The notes under the pieces were generated by a model that had not been told where the DNA came from, made no database searches, and worked only from the letters and a program-made list of their open reading frames with translations. From Aliivibrio fischeri ES114 (lineage in GTDB: Bacteria; Pseudomonadota; Gammaproteobacteria; Enterobacterales; Vibrionaceae), in NCBI RefSeq assembly GCF_000011805.1, contig NC_006841.2: a DNA stretch of 32,000 bases; one strand, 5' to 3'. The position numbers and the translations under genes are program-made. Positions 28,805 to 32,000 of the stretch are shown piece by piece; the stretch's first letter is position 1, and every line of letters begins with the position of its first letter.

Positions 28805-30064
28805 GTGTTAGAGCATCATGTACGAGATTATATTTCAGATAAATTAAGCGCTCTAGGGATCAATAGTGATCCTTATGGGGTTGAGTTGACTATCGTATTT
28901 GTATCGGTGGTAATCGGTATTGCTATTATTGGTCATCTAATTACTCATCATATTATTGTTCGCACCATTAGAAATGTACTCCATCGAACAAATGAACCCT
29001 TATCTGATGCGTTTTCTAAATATAAAGTACTTGAAAAATTAACGCTTCTTGTCCCTGTAATGGTATTGGATCTATTAATCCCATTAGCACTTGGGCATTA
29101 CACATTACTATCAGCTATTGCAGATAAAGTTCTCAGTATCTCTATTCTTATCAGTTTTATAAGGCTCGTTTTTGCATTACTTGATGCACTTAATGATGTT
29201 GCCACTTTTAAAGGCATTACCCGTCGAATGCCAGTTAAGAGCTTTGTTCAACTCATAAAGTTATTTACCTTTTTTGTTGGCCTTGTGGTATCCATGTCTA
29301 TCCTTGCCAATGAATCACCGGTTATTTTCTTGAGTGGGCTAGGGGTTGCAACTGGTTTTGTCATGTTGGTATTTAAAGATACGATCTTAGGTTTCGTGGC
29401 AGGTATTCAGCTTTCAGCAAACCGTATGATCTCGTTAAATGATTGGATTGAGATGGATTCGTTTAAAGCGAACGGTTCAGTTGAAGAAATTTCACTAACG
29501 ACGGTCAAAGTTCGGAACTTTGATAATACAGTCAGCATGATCCCAGCTTATGCTTTGGTTCAAAATGCGTTTGTGAACTGGCAAGGAATGTCTGATTCTG
29601 GTGGTAGACGTATTAAACGAGCTGTAAATATAGATGTAAATTCAATTCGTTTCATGACCGATGAAGAGATTGAGTCATTGAAAGATATTCGAATTTTAAG
29701 AGAGTATTTATTTGAAAAATCAAAAGAAATTAAAGCATATAATGATGAACTAGATGAGATCCCACATTTGGGCAATACACGTCAGATGACCAATTTGGGG
29801 GTTTTTCGTGCGTATTTAGCCGCTTATTTACGAACAAATAAAGACATTCATTCTTATATGATGTTTATGGTGCGTCAACTAGACCCAACTCCTGAGGGCT
29901 TACCATTGCAGATTTATGCTTTTACCAATAATACGGATTGGGTCTTTTATGAAGGGGTTCAAGCTGATCTCTTTGATCACATATATTCTATTATGCCATT
30001 ATTCGGTTTGCGTCCTTATCAAGCGTTAAGTGGGCATGATGTTTTAGGTCTCAAAAAAAATTAA
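28805..30064 (+). CDS. Mechanosensitive ion channel, MscS family, YbdG-like (copy 1)
   Basis: 419 aa, GTG start; FLSGLGVATGFVMLVFKDTILGFVAGIQLSANRMISLNDWIEMDSFKANGSVEEISLTTVKVRNFDNTVSMIPAYALV. Confidence 0.9.
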   Translation: MLEHHVRDYISDKLSALGINSDPYGVELTIVFVSVVIGIAIIGHLITHHIIVRTIRNVLHRTNEPLSDAFSKYKVLEKLTLLVPVMVLDLLIPLALGHYTLLSAIADKVLSISILISFIRLVFALLDALNDVATFKGITRRMPVKSFVQLIKLFTFFVGLVVSMSILANESPVIFLSGLGVATGFVMLVFKDTILGFVAGIQLSANRMISLNDWIEMDSFKANGSVEEISLTTVKVRNFDNTVSMIPAYALVQNAFVNWQGMSDSGGRRIKRAVNIDVNSIRFMTDEEIESLKDIRILREYLFEKSKEIKAYNDELDEIPHLGNTRQMTNLGVFRAYLAAYLRTNKDIHSYMMFMVRQLDPTPEGLPLQIYAFTNNTDWVFYEGVQADLFDHIYSIMPLFGLRPYQALSGHDVLGLKKN

Positions 30065-30218
30065 GCAATACCATAATAATACCAGTTCTTAAACTGGTAC
30101 TTTTCACATTTATCTTTTTCGATTAATAGCATAGATTAGCTCCCCATATGTTTATTAAGTCTGAATTTATATTAGGAATACTATTTTTTGATTCGAGAAA
30201 AATAAATAGGGAGCAGCT

Positions 30219-31493
30219 TTGTTAGATCTTCGAATTCGTAACTATGTGACTGATAAATTAAATGTTTTCGGTTTTCATGATGAGCCTTATGGTGTAGAAC
30301 TTGCGATTGTTGTTATTGTCATTGTTATTAGTGTTTCTATTGGATATTTAATTACTCGACATGTCATAGTTAAAATCGTTAATAATATTCTTCACAAAAC
30401 TAATGAGTCTTTATTTCTGTATTTATCTAGTCATAAAGTAGGACAAAAACTGACTGTTCTCGTGCCTATTATTGTCTTCGATTTGCTATTTCCTTTTGCT
30501 CTTGGGTATAACACACAACTGGCACATATTACGGATAAGTTGCTAAGCATATTGATTGTAACCATATTTACCTCAATGTTATTTAGCTTACTTGATGCGT
30601 TGAATGATATGGCTACGAGTAAAGATGTTACACGTAGAATGCCAATAAAAAGTCTTGTGCAACTTATTAAATTATTCGCATTTATTATCTGTATTATTCT
30701 ATGTCTCGCTATTTTTATTGAAGAATCACCAGTCATTTTCTTGAGTGGTTTAGGGGTCGCTACAGGGTTTGTCATGTTAGCGTTTAAAGACACAATTTTG
30801 GGGTTTGTTGCGGGAATGCAACTGTCTTTAAATCGAATGGTAGGTTTGAATGAATGGATAGAAATGGATGAATATAAAGCTAATGGTACAGTTGAAGAGA
30901 TTTCATTAACAACTGTAAAAATAAGGAATTTTGATAATACCGTGAGTATGTTACCCGCTTATGCCTTAGTTCAAAATGCTTTTGTTAACTGGCAAGGAAT
31001 GTCTGATTCAGGTGGAAGGCGAATTAAACGAGCGGTAAATATTGATGTAAATTCTATTCGCTTTATGACTGATGATGAGATTGAGTCACTCAAAAGTATT
31101 CGCATTTTACGTGAATACTTATTTGAAAAATCGAGTGAAATAAATACGTTTAATGAAGAGGTGGATGATATTCCTCACGTATGTAATGTTCGACAAATGA
31201 CTAATGTCGGTATTTTTCGTGCCTATCTAACGGCTTATTTACGTACACACAGGAATATCCACTCACATATGCTGTCTATGGTTCGGCAGTTAGAGCCTAC
31301 ACAGGAAGGATTACCATTACAGGTTTATGCTTTTACTAATAATCCTAGTTGGGCATTTTATGAAAGTGTGCAAGCGGATATTTTTGATCATATATACGCG
31401 ATTATGCCTTGGTTTAATTTACGACCTTATCAAGCATTAAGTGGGCATGATGCTTTGACTCTTGCTTCTAGCAATCCTCAACATTTATCGTGA
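30219..31493 (+). CDS. Mechanosensitive ion channel, MscS family, YbdG-like (copy 2, tandem paralog)
   Basis: 424 aa, TTG start; nearly the same FLSGLGVATGFVMLAFKDTILGFVAGMQLSLNRM... and C-terminal cytoplasmic region as 28805-30064. Confidence 0.9.
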   Translation: MLDLRIRNYVTDKLNVFGFHDEPYGVELAIVVIVIVISVSIGYLITRHVIVKIVNNILHKTNESLFLYLSSHKVGQKLTVLVPIIVFDLLFPFALGYNTQLAHITDKLLSILIVTIFTSMLFSLLDALNDMATSKDVTRRMPIKSLVQLIKLFAFIICIILCLAIFIEESPVIFLSGLGVATGFVMLAFKDTILGFVAGMQLSLNRMVGLNEWIEMDEYKANGTVEEISLTTVKIRNFDNTVSMLPAYALVQNAFVNWQGMSDSGGRRIKRAVNIDVNSIRFMTDDEIESLKSIRILREYLFEKSSEINTFNEEVDDIPHVCNVRQMTNVGIFRAYLTAYLRTHRNIHSHMLSMVRQLEPTQEGLPLQVYAFTNNPSWAFYESVQADIFDHIYAIMPWFNLRPYQALSGHDALTLASSNPQHLS

Positions 31494-31645
31494 AATAAAT
31501 ACTATTACGTTACTAGTATTTTATTTAATAGGCCACACCTTAATTCTTCTTTGATATTCATTATAGCAATGCATTTGTTATTGGTTTGTATTTCTGATTA
31601 AATTTCCACCGATTTTTGGTTGATTAAATCCATTACTTTCTAATT

Positions 31646-31680
31646 AATCCAGTGTATCTGCAAAGTACACTGGATTTTTC
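31646..31680 (+). terminator. Intrinsic terminator downstream of the channel genes
   Basis: aatccagtgta / tacactggatt perfect 11-bp stem followed by T run. Confidence 0.8.
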
Positions 31681-31784
31681 TTATGTTTAGCAAATAAATG
31701 CATAAATGGGTGTTACTTACCATAGGGTTAATATGAATGGTTTGCTACAATCAGCGCCAATTATTGTCTATACATAGGTTCATC

Positions 31785-32000
31785 ATGTCATTTGCGTCTC
31801 TAGGATTAACAAAACAAATCCTAACAACGGTTGCAGAATTAGGTTTTAAAGAAGCAACACCCATTCAGGAACAAGCTATTCCACTAGTATTACAAGGACA
31901 TGATGTACTGGCTGGAGCACAAACTGGTACAGGTAAAACAGCAGCGTTTGGTCTACCGCTGATTCAACGTTTGATTGAAAGTCCAATTGAACGTCATGAA
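31785..32000 (+). CDS. DEAD-box ATP-dependent RNA helicase, N-terminal part (runs off window end)
   Basis: [66 protein letters not shown]: Q motif and Walker A motif (AQTGTGKT). Confidence 0.93.
   Translation, partial: MSFASLGLTKQILTTVAELGFKEATPIQEQAIPLVLQGHDVLAGAQTGTGKTAAFGLPLIQRLIESPIERHE

Overview
This 32 kb window is a chromosomal segment of a Vibrionaceae-like genome. The protein sequences look most like Aliivibrio/Vibrio, but that placement is by recall, not a search. It is mostly well-understood housekeeping and accessory metabolism. From left to right: the end of a DnaQ-like 3'-5' exonuclease gene plus a CBS/nucleotidyltransferase (DUF294-type) gene; a galactose locus with a vSGLT-like Na+/galactose symporter divergent from galE-galT-galK-galM, carrying two GalR-type operators and a CRP-like site between them; an RND efflux pump and adaptor pair divergent from a TetR regulator; a hybrid sensor kinase; a galR/galS-type regulator; a small tRNA-binding-domain protein; an AGCS Na+/alanine symporter; ACT-domain and RidA-family proteins; brnQ; a histone-deacetylase-like protein; a TPR-like/GGDEF protein; a fructose-type PTS (EIIA, EIICB); an HdeD-like protein; two tandem YbdG/MscS-type channel paralogs; and the start of a DEAD-box helicase. 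I see no CRISPR array, phage, transposase, tRNA or rRNA. The best non-coding signal is a 31-codon leader ORF (…YTLVSVVVVIH*) upstream of brnQ, whose Val codons form the 5' arm of an apparent intrinsic terminator, with a competing alternative hairpin. Next are repeat-like inverted-arm elements in both galE-galT and galT-galK intergenic gaps, and the two-operator gal control region. Nothing here is strong evidence for a wholly new defence or mobile system.
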